DNA from: a virus
Lineage: Duplodnaviria; Caudoviricetes
DNA: 32,921 bases
Strand: one strand, 5' to 3'
IMG/VR virus record: IMGVR_UViG_3300046778_000301
Coordinates: 1-32,921 of that record
Shown here: piece by piece, positions 18,322 through 27,221 of the stretch
Position numbering within the stretch: the stretch's first letter is position 1
How the letters are laid out: the number at the start of each line of letters is the position of its first letter
Made by a program: the position numbers and the translations under genes
The notes under the pieces: generated by a model
What the model was told of the DNA's origin: nothing
The model's input: only the letters and a program-made list of their open reading frames with translations
Databases searched by the model: none

Positions 18322-19422
18322 ATGTTTATTATTCCCAAACTCTCAGAGCTTTTGGAGCGTTCGCGCCTTGCGTTTCGCGCTCATTTACCCGGAACTGATG
18401 CGTGGATATGGCCCAATAATATTACGCCAACGGCAAAAGTGATTGGCGAGATGACGCATGAGGTTTTTTCAGCGCTTGATTATGTAGCCAAACAAAGATT
18501 TGTGACAACGGCGGATTCTGAAAATCTTGATCGGCATGGTGAGCAATACGGGCTTGCCCGTCGCCCTGCCAGTCCTGCATCGGGGATTGTCACACTCACC
18601 TGCACGGGCGCTGTGAGCGTTGCAGCTGGGGCGTTGTTTTTGCGGTTTGACGGCGTGCAATATACTGCAAGCGTTGCGGCTTCAATCCTTTCATCGGGTG
18701 CGCTTGATGTGCCAGTTGTTGCCGTTGTGGCGGGGAAATCAGGTTTGAGCGATGCGGGCGCTGCTCTCACCATCACATCAGGCGTTGCAGGTACAGCAAC
18801 CGCTGTAGTTGGCGCGGGTGGTATGAGCGCAGGTGCGGACATTGAAGATGATGAAAGTTACCGCGCAAGACTTTTGTTTCGCTTGCGCAACCCGCCACAT
18901 GGCGGTGCACCCTCTGATTATGTGATGTGGGCTGGGGAGGTTTCAGGGGTGAGCCGCGTGTTTGTTGAGCGCCTCTGGCAGGGTGCAGGTACGGTGCGCG
19001 TCTTATTTATGATGGATGATGCTTACAATGATGGTGTGCCCTTGGCTGGCGATGTGGCGCGGGTGCGCGAGTATTTAGAGCTTGTCAAGCCTGCATCGGC
19101 GCAGCTCACCGTAGCAGCGCCCACAGCACAACCGATTAATATTACCATCACGGGGCTTGAGCCAAGCAATGCGGCGACACAAAACGCGATCCGCGCAGAG
19201 CTTGCAAGTGCATTTGAGCGTTTAGGGCGCGTCGCTGGTGGTGATACGTTCCATGCGGCGATGCCCTATCTTGCGACGCCGTTTAGTTTTTCAGTGTCGT
19301 GGATATGGCAAGCGGTTGCCAATGCAACGGGCGAGCAAAGGCACACCATCGCAACCCCTTCAAGTGATATCGCCATTGCGGCGGGGAATGTTCCCACGCT
19401 TGGCACTGTAACATTCGCGTGA
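18322..19422 (+). CDS. Baseplate J / Mu gp47 wedge protein
   Basis: TADSENLDRHG..YGL.R, GADIEDDESYRARL, PPHGGA.SDY..WA and GAGTV motifs; ATG 18322 preferred as start. Confidence 0.92.
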   Translation: MFIIPKLSELLERSRLAFRAHLPGTDAWIWPNNITPTAKVIGEMTHEVFSALDYVAKQRFVTTADSENLDRHGEQYGLARRPASPASGIVTLTCTGAVSVAAGALFLRFDGVQYTASVAASILSSGALDVPVVAVVAGKSGLSDAGAALTITSGVAGTATAVVGAGGMSAGADIEDDESYRARLLFRLRNPPHGGAPSDYVMWAGEVSGVSRVFVERLWQGAGTVRVLFMMDDAYNDGVPLAGDVARVREYLELVKPASAQLTVAAPTAQPINITITGLEPSNAATQNAIRAELASAFERLGRVAGGDTFHAAMPYLATPFSFSVSWIWQAVANATGEQRHTIATPSSDIAIAAGNVPTLGTVTFA

Positions 19423-19426
19423 TGCT

Positions 19427-20068
19427 ATGACATGTTCAAACAAGCGCCCTCCTTTTTACTGCCCCACCCATGAGGATTTGACGCGCACGGCGCTACATCT
19501 GCTTCCGCGTGGTCGTATCTGGGGTAATGACGATGGTGAACCCGCCCCAACAACGGTGATGTATCGGTTTTGGCACGCGGTCGCCGAGCCTTTTTATTAT
19601 GTCAACAGCCGCCTTTGCGCATTGCGCGATGAGTTTTTTTGCAAAACCCACAGTGAAACAAACGATTTATGGCTGAGCGATTATGGCTTGCCTGACGGGT
19701 GCGATCCGTTTCCGAATTTATGCGCCAAAGTTGCCGCGCAAGGTGGTGCAACCTGCGCGTATCTGAGAGGTTTAGCCCTTAACCAAGGATGGGACATTGA
19801 TTGTAATATCCTTGGTTGTGGCGCGGAAGCCGGATGCGCGGAAGCTGGTCTGCAAGCTGTGGGACGAGGGCTTGAGTCCGGCGCGATTATTATTGTGATC
19901 TACATCAACACAAGCCCTGCTTATGCGCCAATTGGTCAGCCGTTTGGCGCGGGCTGCATTCAAGCGGGGCAGGTGTCGCGATGCGATCCGTTTGAAAGTC
20001 TCAAATGCTTTTTAGAGCGCGTGATACACGCTCATGTGAAAATTAATTATACAATCGTGGAGATATAA
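19427..20068 (+). CDS. Mu gp48 / YmfQ (DUF2313)-like baseplate protein
   Basis: LLPRG.IW, W..DYGLPD.C and L.C.LER..HAH motifs. Confidence 0.85.
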   Translation: MTCSNKRPPFYCPTHEDLTRTALHLLPRGRIWGNDDGEPAPTTVMYRFWHAVAEPFYYVNSRLCALRDEFFCKTHSETNDLWLSDYGLPDGCDPFPNLCAKVAAQGGATCAYLRGLALNQGWDIDCNILGCGAEAGCAEAGLQAVGRGLESGAIIIVIYINTSPAYAPIGQPFGAGCIQAGQVSRCDPFESLKCFLERVIHAHVKINYTIVEI

Positions 20069-20070
20069 AT

Positions 20071-21213
20071 ATGGCTGATCTATTTGGGCCCGATGGCGTT
20101 GTGCGTGCAAGCAGTGTGCGCCCACCAGAAACCAGCAACCCTTCGGCTGCGGACACATTTTTCAAAGATTGTGTTGGCGGGGAGGCAGGCACGGGGACGC
20201 CTATAACGGCTGCGTTTCTTAATCGCATTAAAATGACGCTTGCATCCGTCGTAAGAGCTGGGGGCGTGCCTGAGGATAATTTAAGCGATCTGATGCTGGT
20301 TGAGACAATAAGGCGCATCGCGCAGGACGAAAAATGGAATTATACTGGCACAGCAGGTACAGCGAGTGTGTGGACGGCAACGCCAACCCCTGCATTCCCT
20401 GCTTACGTCGCTGGTCAGCGGTTATGTTTATTTGTGACAAATCCCAATACAGGCGCGTTTACTTTAAATGTAAACGGCTTAGGGAATAGAGATGTTTTGT
20501 GGGCGGACGGATCAGCGCCCAAACAAGGTGATGCAACGGCGGGCGCGATACTCGATGTTTCTTACGATGGCACGTCTTGGCTGATCAAGGGGTTGTCTCC
20601 CAAGCAGGCTTCTGCGCTTGCGGGGCGTCCCAACATTACAACATACACATCTGGTTCAGGAAATTTTACCGTACCTGCTGGCGTTACGTTTTTAGACGTT
20701 GAAACCGTGGGTGCGGGTGGCGGTGGCGGATACGCTGCATCAGGGGGTGCTGCGGCGGGTGGCGCGGCTGGTGCAACGGTGTCTGGACCGCTGGCGGTAA
20801 CACCTGGTCAAGTGATTGTCTATGTCGTTGGTGCGGGTGGTGCTGGTGGTGTGCTTGGAACGGGTGGTTTGAACGGGGCAGATACGACATTTGGAGTGTG
20901 GACGGCAAAAGGTGGTACGGGCGCATCCAACGCCGCCGCCAATAACGTTACAAACGCTGTGGGAACACTGGCAGGGTCAATAGGCCCAATTGTCGATGAA
21001 GGCTCTCCATCGGATGCGGGGCTTTTGCCAGGGTCTGGGCAAGTTGGCGGGCGTGGTGGCACTTCTTATGGCGGGGGCTATGGCGGCAATGGCTCGCGCA
21101 ACGGCGGCACGAATGGCAACCCTGGAAGTGGCGCAGGCGCTGGCGGTGGCGGGGGCACAAATGGCTCAAATGGCGGCGCAGGCGCTGCTGGGCGCATCCG
21201 CATTCGCTATTAA
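20071..21213 (+). CDS. Tail fibre with a glycine-rich C-terminal domain
   Basis: N-terminal baseplate anchor (GTPITAAFLN), NTGA.TLNVNGLG module, FTVPAGV...VGAGGGGG Gly-rich domain ending G.G..GRIRIRY. Confidence 0.8.
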   Translation: MADLFGPDGVVRASSVRPPETSNPSAADTFFKDCVGGEAGTGTPITAAFLNRIKMTLASVVRAGGVPEDNLSDLMLVETIRRIAQDEKWNYTGTAGTASVWTATPTPAFPAYVAGQRLCLFVTNPNTGAFTLNVNGLGNRDVLWADGSAPKQGDATAGAILDVSYDGTSWLIKGLSPKQASALAGRPNITTYTSGSGNFTVPAGVTFLDVETVGAGGGGGYAASGGAAAGGAAGATVSGPLAVTPGQVIVYVVGAGGAGGVLGTGGLNGADTTFGVWTAKGGTGASNAAANNVTNAVGTLAGSIGPIVDEGSPSDAGLLPGSGQVGGRGGTSYGGGYGGNGSRNGGTNGNPGSGAGAGGGGGTNGSNGGAGAAGRIRIRY

Positions 21214-21245
21214 AACGTAGCCTTAATTTTTTTCTTCATTATCAC

Positions 21246-21269
21246 CCGCCGTCTTTATGGCGGTTTTTT
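21246..21269 (+). terminator. Intrinsic terminator after the tail fibre gene
   Basis: CCGCCGT-CTTT-ATGGCGG followed by TTTTTT. Confidence 0.7.
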
Positions 21270-21283
21270 GTGCGAGAACAAAC

Positions 21284-22906
21284 ATGACAAGCTCAACGCT
21301 TCCGATCTCCTTTAAAAGAGCACAGCGCCTCACGGGCACTGTGCCGCGCTATGGGCCAAATATTATCACGCCAGTAACTCCAGACTTAGTGTGGCGTGCC
21401 ACAACGCAAGGATCACGCATTGCTATACAGAGCTTTAACAATGCCTCCGCCTTGTCGCGCACTACGCGCAACAGGATTGTGCTGCCCGTACCAACTCGTT
21501 ATATTCAGATTGCCATTCCAGTATTCAATATGGTGGGGTCAAATCCCATTATTGATACGCTCTTTGCGGGGGCACAAGCCAAGCTATGGTTTCAGGTGGG
21601 GATCGAATACCCCTACACAGAGGCTGTTACGGGGCTTGCTCCACGCACCCCGATTAGGTTCAATGGTCTGGATTACGCCACTTACGATAATGTCACGTGG
21701 AACGGCGCGACCGGCTGGCTTTATTCTGACCCGCTTGACCTTGGCTTCACAATTCCATCCTTTACAGCGTTCGGACGCTGGGTCACGGTTGAGGTCGAAA
21801 ACGTAGGCGTGAACGTGTTGCCGATTTCACAAAATTCCTCAAATTTTATTCCGCGCAACACTGGCACAATATTGAGCAGCACCTCTCAGATTATAGGGCG
21901 CGGGGGCGCAACAAATGCTGCTTTGACTGCAACATCTGTCTCCCCGCACACTCCTTTGCAAACAGGATCAGCAGATTTTTACGACCCTTGCGTCATGCGG
22001 GTTATGGTTTTAAGGAACACAAAAAGCACTGTCACGTTCGGCGATAGCATCACATACGGCGTTGGCGAAGGGGCTTCTGGCTCTGGGGCTTTTGGAGATC
22101 CTCGCGGCGATGTTTATGGCAACGCAGGGATTATGGATCGCGGGCTGTGGAACGCAGGGATCCTCAATGTCAACTTTGGGAAGGGGTCGGACGGCTACAA
22201 ATATATGGGTCTCAATGATACCTACTGGCAGTATCGGCGGCAAATCGTGCCATGGTGTGATCCAACCCACGTTATTAGCAGCAACATCCACAACGACATC
22301 ACACAAACCGCTTCGTGCGGTGCGTGGGTTGGCGACGCAACGCGCAATGTCGGTGACGCCCTCACGAACGGTGGCAATATTTATATCTACACGGCTTCGG
22401 GTAAAGCCGCTTTGAGCGGCGGCCCTAGCGGCACGGGCGGCGTGATCACAGACGGGACGGCAGTCTGCGCGTATTTCGGGCCAGCATCAGGCGCTAACAC
22501 CATGATTGCCCTGCAAATCGGGCGACAGGTGCGTGTGCATTGGCTGATTAAAGGAATGCTCCCCGTTGTGCCGATCCTCGCGATGTGTGGCACGCCTGAT
22601 GCCACTTCAACAGACAGTTGGGCGACAGCAGGAAACCAAACAGCGGTGACTGGGTGGGGCAACGCTGCCTCCCGCAGAGGGCTCTGGAACGATAAAATCG
22701 AGACGCGCTATCCTCCGCTGCAATTGGCTGGGTATCTCGATCCAAACCCATATCTCGAAGACAGCTTTCCAACAGAGACAAGCAAGTGGGTGAGCGGCTC
22801 TGCGTTTTACGCAACCAATGATGGCACACATCCCAATTCCAAGGGATATGACCTCGCTTCAATACCAATGATCAATGCTGCGATTACAGCGGGTTATTTT
22901 TCGTAA
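21284..22906 (+). CDS. SGNH/GDSL esterase, probably virion-associated
   Basis: Block I TFGDSIT, block II NFGKGSD, block III NIHND, block V NDGTHPN. ATG 21284 preferred because ATG 21257 lies inside the terminator stem. Confidence 0.75.
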   Translation: MTSSTLPISFKRAQRLTGTVPRYGPNIITPVTPDLVWRATTQGSRIAIQSFNNASALSRTTRNRIVLPVPTRYIQIAIPVFNMVGSNPIIDTLFAGAQAKLWFQVGIEYPYTEAVTGLAPRTPIRFNGLDYATYDNVTWNGATGWLYSDPLDLGFTIPSFTAFGRWVTVEVENVGVNVLPISQNSSNFIPRNTGTILSSTSQIIGRGGATNAALTATSVSPHTPLQTGSADFYDPCVMRVMVLRNTKSTVTFGDSITYGVGEGASGSGAFGDPRGDVYGNAGIMDRGLWNAGILNVNFGKGSDGYKYMGLNDTYWQYRRQIVPWCDPTHVISSNIHNDITQTASCGAWVGDATRNVGDALTNGGNIYIYTASGKAALSGGPSGTGGVITDGTAVCAYFGPASGANTMIALQIGRQVRVHWLIKGMLPVVPILAMCGTPDATSTDSWATAGNQTAVTGWGNAASRRGLWNDKIETRYPPLQLAGYLDPNPYLEDSFPTETSKWVSGSAFYATNDGTHPNSKGYDLASIPMINAAITAGYFS

Positions 22907-22921
22907 AGCAAAGGATTAATC

Positions 22922-23815
22922 ATGAACAAAGCTGTATTTTTTCAGACGCTTAGAAGCTCTCTTTATAAGCTTAAAATGCCACAGCAAGCCGTGGACGGAC
23001 TTAATTTTCTGCTTGATCATTCCATCCGATATAGTCTTGAGACGCCCCAGCTCGCTTATGTTTTAGCCACGTCCTATCATGAGACGGGCGCAACGATGCA
23101 GCCCGTGCGTGAGGGCTTTGCAAAGACAAATGCAGGCGCAATTGCAGCCGTGACCAAGCTGCATGAGAAGGGTTATATTACACGAAACTACGCCTTACCT
23201 GACAAAAATACGGGTAAGAGCTATTACGGGCGTGGACACGTTCAACTGACTTTTCTTAAAAATTATGAGAAGGAAGGCAAAGAGCTTGGCATTGATCTTG
23301 TTAACAATCCTGATTTGGCATTAGAGCTTGAAATATCCGCAAAAATATTGTTCGGCGGCATGATCAACGGAAGGTTTACGGGTGAAAGACTATCATTTTA
23401 CATCAAAAGTGGAATGAAGGATTATTTAAACGCACGCAGGATTGTTAATGGCACTGACAAGGCAAAGCTCATAGCAGGATATGCAGCAGCTTTTGAGAAA
23501 GCATTGACGCAAGCAATTAGCTATACAAGCTCAAATCTAGGCAATAAGGAGGAATCGGCAAAGCCTACGGGTAAAAGCCCGATGCAATCCACCACCAATA
23601 TCGCGGCGGGGGCAGCGGCTGCATTGCCTGCAATTCAAGTTTTGAATGAGGTGACAAAAGCCACGCAGGAAGCAACACAGGTTGGGCGCGGTTTTATGGA
23701 TGTGACGCAAGCAATCTTGGCAAATCCTGCATTGTGGGCGTTCATAATTGCAGCTTTAGCCGCATGGTGGATCATTAAAGAACGCAACAAAAAATCATAT
23801 GAGCTTGGTGTGTGA
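22922..23815 (+). CDS. Endolysin, GH19/lysozyme-like, with a C-terminal hydrophobic tail
   Basis: QLAYVLATSYHET, YYGRGHVQLT..NY, DLV.NPDLAL and ARRIVNGTDKA motifs; C-terminal TM ALWAFIIAALAAWWII. Confidence 0.85.
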   Translation: MNKAVFFQTLRSSLYKLKMPQQAVDGLNFLLDHSIRYSLETPQLAYVLATSYHETGATMQPVREGFAKTNAGAIAAVTKLHEKGYITRNYALPDKNTGKSYYGRGHVQLTFLKNYEKEGKELGIDLVNNPDLALELEISAKILFGGMINGRFTGERLSFYIKSGMKDYLNARRIVNGTDKAKLIAGYAAAFEKALTQAISYTSSNLGNKEESAKPTGKSPMQSTTNIAAGAAAALPAIQVLNEVTKATQEATQVGRGFMDVTQAILANPALWAFIIAALAAWWIIKERNKKSYELGV

Positions 23816-23952
23816 TGGAACAAGAAGATAATTTTTCAGATTACGTGCTGCTGTTTTGCAGCGTTGTTATGCTCGTCACGCCCTACATTTTAATTGTGTG
23901 GCTCACATATTGTTTTTTAGCGATGGGGTTCAAATGGGTTTGTTCGTGTTGA
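23815..23952 (+). CDS. 45-aa hydrophobic microprotein (holin/antiholin candidate)
   Basis: TGATG overlap with the endolysin stop; MEQEDNFSDYVLLFCSVVMLVTPYILIVWLTYCFLAMGFKWVCSC; below the ORF-track cutoff. Confidence 0.55.
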   Translation: MEQEDNFSDYVLLFCSVVMLVTPYILIVWLTYCFLAMGFKWVCSC

Positions 23953-24176
23953 AGCACGCAAAGTTTTTGTTTTTTGTGTTTGTCGCGCTTGCGTTCATAG
24001 CGGCGTTTTCAAGCGTGTATTATTTAGGAACGCGAGCCGCGAGAGAGGCTGCATTAGAGAATTCAATCACGGTTTTAAAGCAAAGGGCTGAAAATGATCA
24101 AAACGCGCAATCTCTTGATTTTGATGGTGTGTGCCGCGAGCTTGGCGGCGTGCCAAAAGACGGCAAGTGTATGTGA
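23934..24176 (+). CDS. Inner-membrane spanin (Rz-like)
   Basis: N-terminal TM, periplasmic helix and C-terminal cysteines; overlaps a lipoprotein gene. Confidence 0.7.
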   Translation: MGLFVLKHAKFLFFVFVALAFIAAFSSVYYLGTRAAREAALENSITVLKQRAENDQNAQSLDFDGVCRELGGVPKDGKCM

Positions 24177-24297
24177 CGGCTGGGCAAAGCTTACGCCAAA
24201 CAAGCCAACAGTGAGCTTTATTGCGTCAAATGACACACAATTTGCGCGCGGCGTTATTGCGCACAATAATCAAGGTAAAGATCAAGGGTGCTGGTAG
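24094..24297 (+). CDS. Outer-membrane lipoprotein spanin (Rz1-like)
   Basis: Signal peptide with lipobox LAAC; overlaps Rz in the +1 frame; C-terminal HN..G...CW. Confidence 0.75.
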   Translation: MIKTRNLLILMVCAASLAACQKTASVCDGWAKLTPNKPTVSFIASNDTQFARGVIAHNNQGKDQGCW

Positions 24298-24674
24298 TGT
24301 CAAGAGATGATATTTATCTCGGTAACGAGCTTGCAAGAATGAATGATCTCGCCAAATCGTTTGCAAGCGTTTCAGAAAGGCTTGCTGCATTTGAAGCGCG
24401 AACCGAAGCATACCAAGAAGGCATGAAAGCTGAGGTAGCGCAAATAAAAATTGGATACCACTCATCGCTTGATGAAATTAAAGCAATTGCAGATTCCGCT
24501 AATAAAGCAGCACAAGAAGCCCGTGATCAAAAATCAAAAACGGAGGCGTTTCTTGATCGCCTCGCCCTTGCTTTGCTCATAGTCATATCAGGGCTTGGTG
24601 CTCACATCGCTATTCCTGATAAAAGCGTTGCTTTCGAAGCGCTTATCAAATACGTCACATCTCGTGGAAGTTAG
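24288..24674 (+). CDS. Coiled-coil protein with C-terminal TM (holin/XhlA-like candidate)
   Basis: Heptad-rich region followed by the TM LALALLIVISGLGAHIA; last gene of the lysis cassette; start uncertain. Confidence 0.55.
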   Translation: MLVVSRDDIYLGNELARMNDLAKSFASVSERLAAFEARTEAYQEGMKAEVAQIKIGYHSSLDEIKAIADSANKAAQEARDQKSKTEAFLDRLALALLIVISGLGAHIAIPDKSVAFEALIKYVTSRGS

Positions 24675-24732
24675 GGGCTTTGCGAAAATAGCTTTTTAGT
24701 TCCAAAGTGACAGCGCCCCCCTTACTTTTTGC

Positions 24733-24801
24733 TAAGGAATTGTTATTAAAGCGTTACAGCACATCGTCACCGCCCACCATTCAGAATTTAAGTTATTGTT
24801 T
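24733..24801. mobile_element. attP site: tRNA-Val-like 3'-end core flanked by IHF-like boxes
   Basis: CGTCACCGCCCACCA (24765-24779) ends in CCA like a tRNA acceptor end. TAACAAttccTTA (24733-24745) and AAACAAtaacTTA (24789-24801), both on the - strand, are each one mismatch from WATCAANNNNTTR. Adjacent to the integrase 3' end. Confidence 0.7.
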
Positions 24802-24858
24802 TTATTCGCTTTTTTGTAGGCGTGCCCTCACTTTACACTATGGTGCGGGGTTGTTTTT

Positions 24859-25887
24859 TCAAACTCTCTCTTGCATAAGCATGTGGGTTGCGTCTTTTGC
24901 CATTTTTTTGCGGTTCGCTTTTTCAATATAAATCATTGCAGTCTTAGGGTTTGACCAGCCGAATATCGCCATAAGTTGTGACATTGTAGCCCCTGCTTCG
25001 GCGGCTCTTGTTGCCCCCACCTTGCGTAACCCGTGCGCCGATTTATTGACGCCTGCTTTGCGACACGCATCGCCAAACCAATTGCCGACAGATTCTTTTG
25101 TCATCGGCTTGCCAGCCCGCTCGTCAACAATAAATGCTACCCTGCTCGGATCGAGGCTTGATATTGCCTCTTTTAAGGGCGCAAGCAAGGGTATGGCAAT
25201 ATCGCGCCCGCCCTTGCCTGTTTTGATTTGGATAGTGTCATTGATTATGTCGCGAGCGCTTAATAGCGCTGCATCTCCCCTGCGAAAGCCTGTATAAAGG
25301 AATATATTGAGGGCAAGCCGCTCCCGTGTCCCTTCGCGCCAAAAAGTTTCAAACCGTCTCACCTCCTCTTCGCTCCAGATTAAGAACCCGTCCGTTTTAG
25401 GCACAACAACTTTAATCCCCTGCGTGGGGTTGACGTCCACATAATCGTTTTCATGCGCCCAATTAAACAAGCCGCGCATCGATTTCATAAAATTTGCAGC
25501 GGCGAACGGCTTATCGCTACGCCTGTCATATGCTGATTTGATTGTTTTTTTGGTTATATCCGCGTAGCGCTCTGCTCCTGCCATCTGGATAACAGCTAAA
25601 AATATATTTTCACGTTGCTTTTTGGTGGCTTGCGAAAATCGCAGCCATTCTTGTGATTGCCTGTATTGCGCAATAAGCCATGAGAGTGTGCCATAATTTG
25701 GCGTGTTCTTAGAGGATTGCTTTTTGGCGTTGCCATTAAGGGCGTCGTGATAGGCTTGAATAAATTCGGCGCTGCCAAAATCCCCACGGATACGCACGCG
25801 CTCTGTTTTCCCTTTTCTGAAATACCATACGAAAGAGCCGTGGCGCGTCCGCTCCCTCACAAGATATGGCAGCCTGTTCTTTGGCAT
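24859..25887 (-). CDS. int: Tyrosine integrase
   Basis: TGFRRGD (R), KTGK (K), HGLRK (H-x-x-R), FGW and IY (Y nucleophile); N-terminal arm-binding segment R.RHG..VWYFR. Confidence 0.95.
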   Translation of the reverse strand: MPKNRLPYLVRERTRHGSFVWYFRKGKTERVRIRGDFGSAEFIQAYHDALNGNAKKQSSKNTPNYGTLSWLIAQYRQSQEWLRFSQATKKQRENIFLAVIQMAGAERYADITKKTIKSAYDRRSDKPFAAANFMKSMRGLFNWAHENDYVDVNPTQGIKVVVPKTDGFLIWSEEEVRRFETFWREGTRERLALNIFLYTGFRRGDAALLSARDIINDTIQIKTGKGGRDIAIPLLAPLKEAISSLDPSRVAFIVDERAGKPMTKESVGNWFGDACRKAGVNKSAHGLRKVGATRAAEAGATMSQLMAIFGWSNPKTAMIYIEKANRKKMAKDATHMLMQERV

Positions 25888-25889
25888 TG

Positions 25890-26093
25890 CTACATTACAA
25901 TCTCGCGCCTTTGATCAGGCGCGTGCATTTGGCGGTCAAGTTTCTTGATTTGTTCTTGAATGTGTGTTGGCTCTACAACCACCTCCCCACTGGGGTGGAT
26001 CACCACGCGCACATTGTCAAACCCAGCGCTAGCCATAGCGCGTATAGCGCGTGCGATTTCAGGCTGGTTAACACGGGCAGGTGTTCGGCTCAT
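25890..26093 (-). CDS. Putative excisionase / recombination directionality factor
   Basis: 67 aa, immediately upstream of int; PARVNQPEIARAIRA...G pattern; SD AAAGGA. Confidence 0.6.
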   Translation of the reverse strand: MSRTPARVNQPEIARAIRAMASAGFDNVRVVIHPSGEVVVEPTHIQEQIKKLDRQMHAPDQRREIVM

Positions 26094-26188
26094 GATTTGC
26101 GGCTTCCTTTTATGTCGAGTCCTCTTAAGATTGCAGTAAAATTTTGCCAAGCATAAATAGTCAGTTTGATTTTTGGCGCAAGTTTGTA

Positions 26189-26521
26189 TTACAATTGCCG
26201 CAATCCCTTACACAGAGCGCTACGCGCGGCGGAAATGTTCTCTGAATTGTCAGGCTTTTGCCCCCAGTCGAGTAAAGCATTGACAACTGGTTTCGGAGCG
26301 CTTCTTCCCACCCATTCGCCAATCCACTGAATGTCATAGTAATCGTAAGTTTCGTCCAAAGAGCTTTCCTCTTCCCATAAATTTACGTATTGCTTAACAG
26401 CTTCAATAAAATTGCTCTCAAAATCAACAACGCGGTTGAATTGAGATTCGAGAAATTCTTTGTCGCTAAGAGTAAAATTGTTTAATCTGCGTAATATTTG
26501 ATTGATTACATCATTCATCAT
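26189..26521 (-). CDS. Hypothetical protein
   Basis: 110-aa ORF in an AT-rich patch; ATGA-coupled to the upstream ORF. Confidence 0.55.
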   Translation of the reverse strand: MMNDVINQILRRLNNFTLSDKEFLESQFNRVVDFESNFIEAVKQYVNLWEEESSLDETYDYYDIQWIGEWVGRSAPKPVVNALLDWGQKPDNSENISAARSALCKGLRQL

Positions 26522-26721
26522 CTCATCACCTCTTCTATACGGCTTATGTTTTCATTCAGTATTTGTGCGATTAAGTTGCCAAGTTTCACTTCTTTTTCTT
26601 CTTCTGTGCTGATGTAAAAATGTGCGAATAAATCAAGACCGAGTAAGTATTTGTAAAAAATAACGTTTCTGTGGTCATAATCCATATCTTCGTGTCTAAA
26701 ATATTCAAATCCCCCCCCCAT
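26518..26721 (-). CDS. Hypothetical protein
   Basis: 67-aa ORF; SD AGAGGA; AT-rich. Confidence 0.5.
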   Translation of the reverse strand: MGGGFEYFRHEDMDYDHRNVIFYKYLLGLDLFAHFYISTEEEKEVKLGNLIAQILNENISRIEEVMR

Positions 26722-26738
26722 CGCGTTATTTCCTCTTG

Positions 26739-27221
26739 CTAAAACGGAATATCATCATCAAGTTGCTGTGCTGCTGTTTGATATTGTGTTGCGCCATCTT
26801 TGGCGCTGCTGTAATTTTGTTGCGTGGTTGTTCGCGTTGTTGTTGTGCCGTAGCTGTTTTCGTCACGCGACGATGTTGGTTGACCGAGTAGCTTTAAAGA
26901 GCCATCAAAGCGCTCAATCACGATCTCGGTTGACCAGCGGTCGTGACCGTCTTTATCTTGCCACTTGCGTGTTTTGATTTTTGCTTCAATCGCGAGTTTT
27001 GTGCCTTTTTTGACAAAATCACGCACAACGTTGGCAATGTGCTCGTTGAACACCACCACGTTGTGCCACTCGGTGGTTTCCTTTTTCTCGCCTGTGGTTT
27101 TGTCTTTCCACGTCTCAGAAGTTGCGAGCGAGAATGTAGCGACCTCACCCCCGCTTTGCGTGCGGCGAATTTCAGGGTCTTTGCCGACATTGCCGATGAG
27201 AATAGCGCGGTTATAGCTCAT
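26739..27221 (-). CDS. ssb: Single-stranded DNA-binding protein
   Basis: NRAILIGNVGKDPE, TEWHNVV, TRKWQDKDG and acidic tail DDDIPF. Confidence 0.97.
   Translation of the reverse strand: MSYNRAILIGNVGKDPEIRRTQSGGEVATFSLATSETWKDKTTGEKKETTEWHNVVVFNEHIANVVRDFVKKGTKLAIEAKIKTRKWQDKDGHDRWSTEIVIERFDGSLKLLGQPTSSRDENSYGTTTTRTTTQQNYSSAKDGATQYQTAAQQLDDDIPF

Noticed and set aside
20071-22906. DGR or invertible tail-fibre cassette
   Set aside because: No reverse transcriptase, invertase, duplicated template/variable repeat or flanking inverted repeats seen.
24765-24779. Possible tRNA gene ending in CCA
   Set aside because: Only the last 15 nt resemble a tRNA; there is no T-loop, anticodon arm or D arm upstream. 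Treated as an att core.
24833-24842. TTACACTATG shared with positions 13-22; similarly AGGAACAGCGCA at 13831 and 32535-32546 (- strand)
   Set aside because: Matches of 10-12 nt are expected by chance in 33 kb, and there is no shared context beyond an SD-like sequence.
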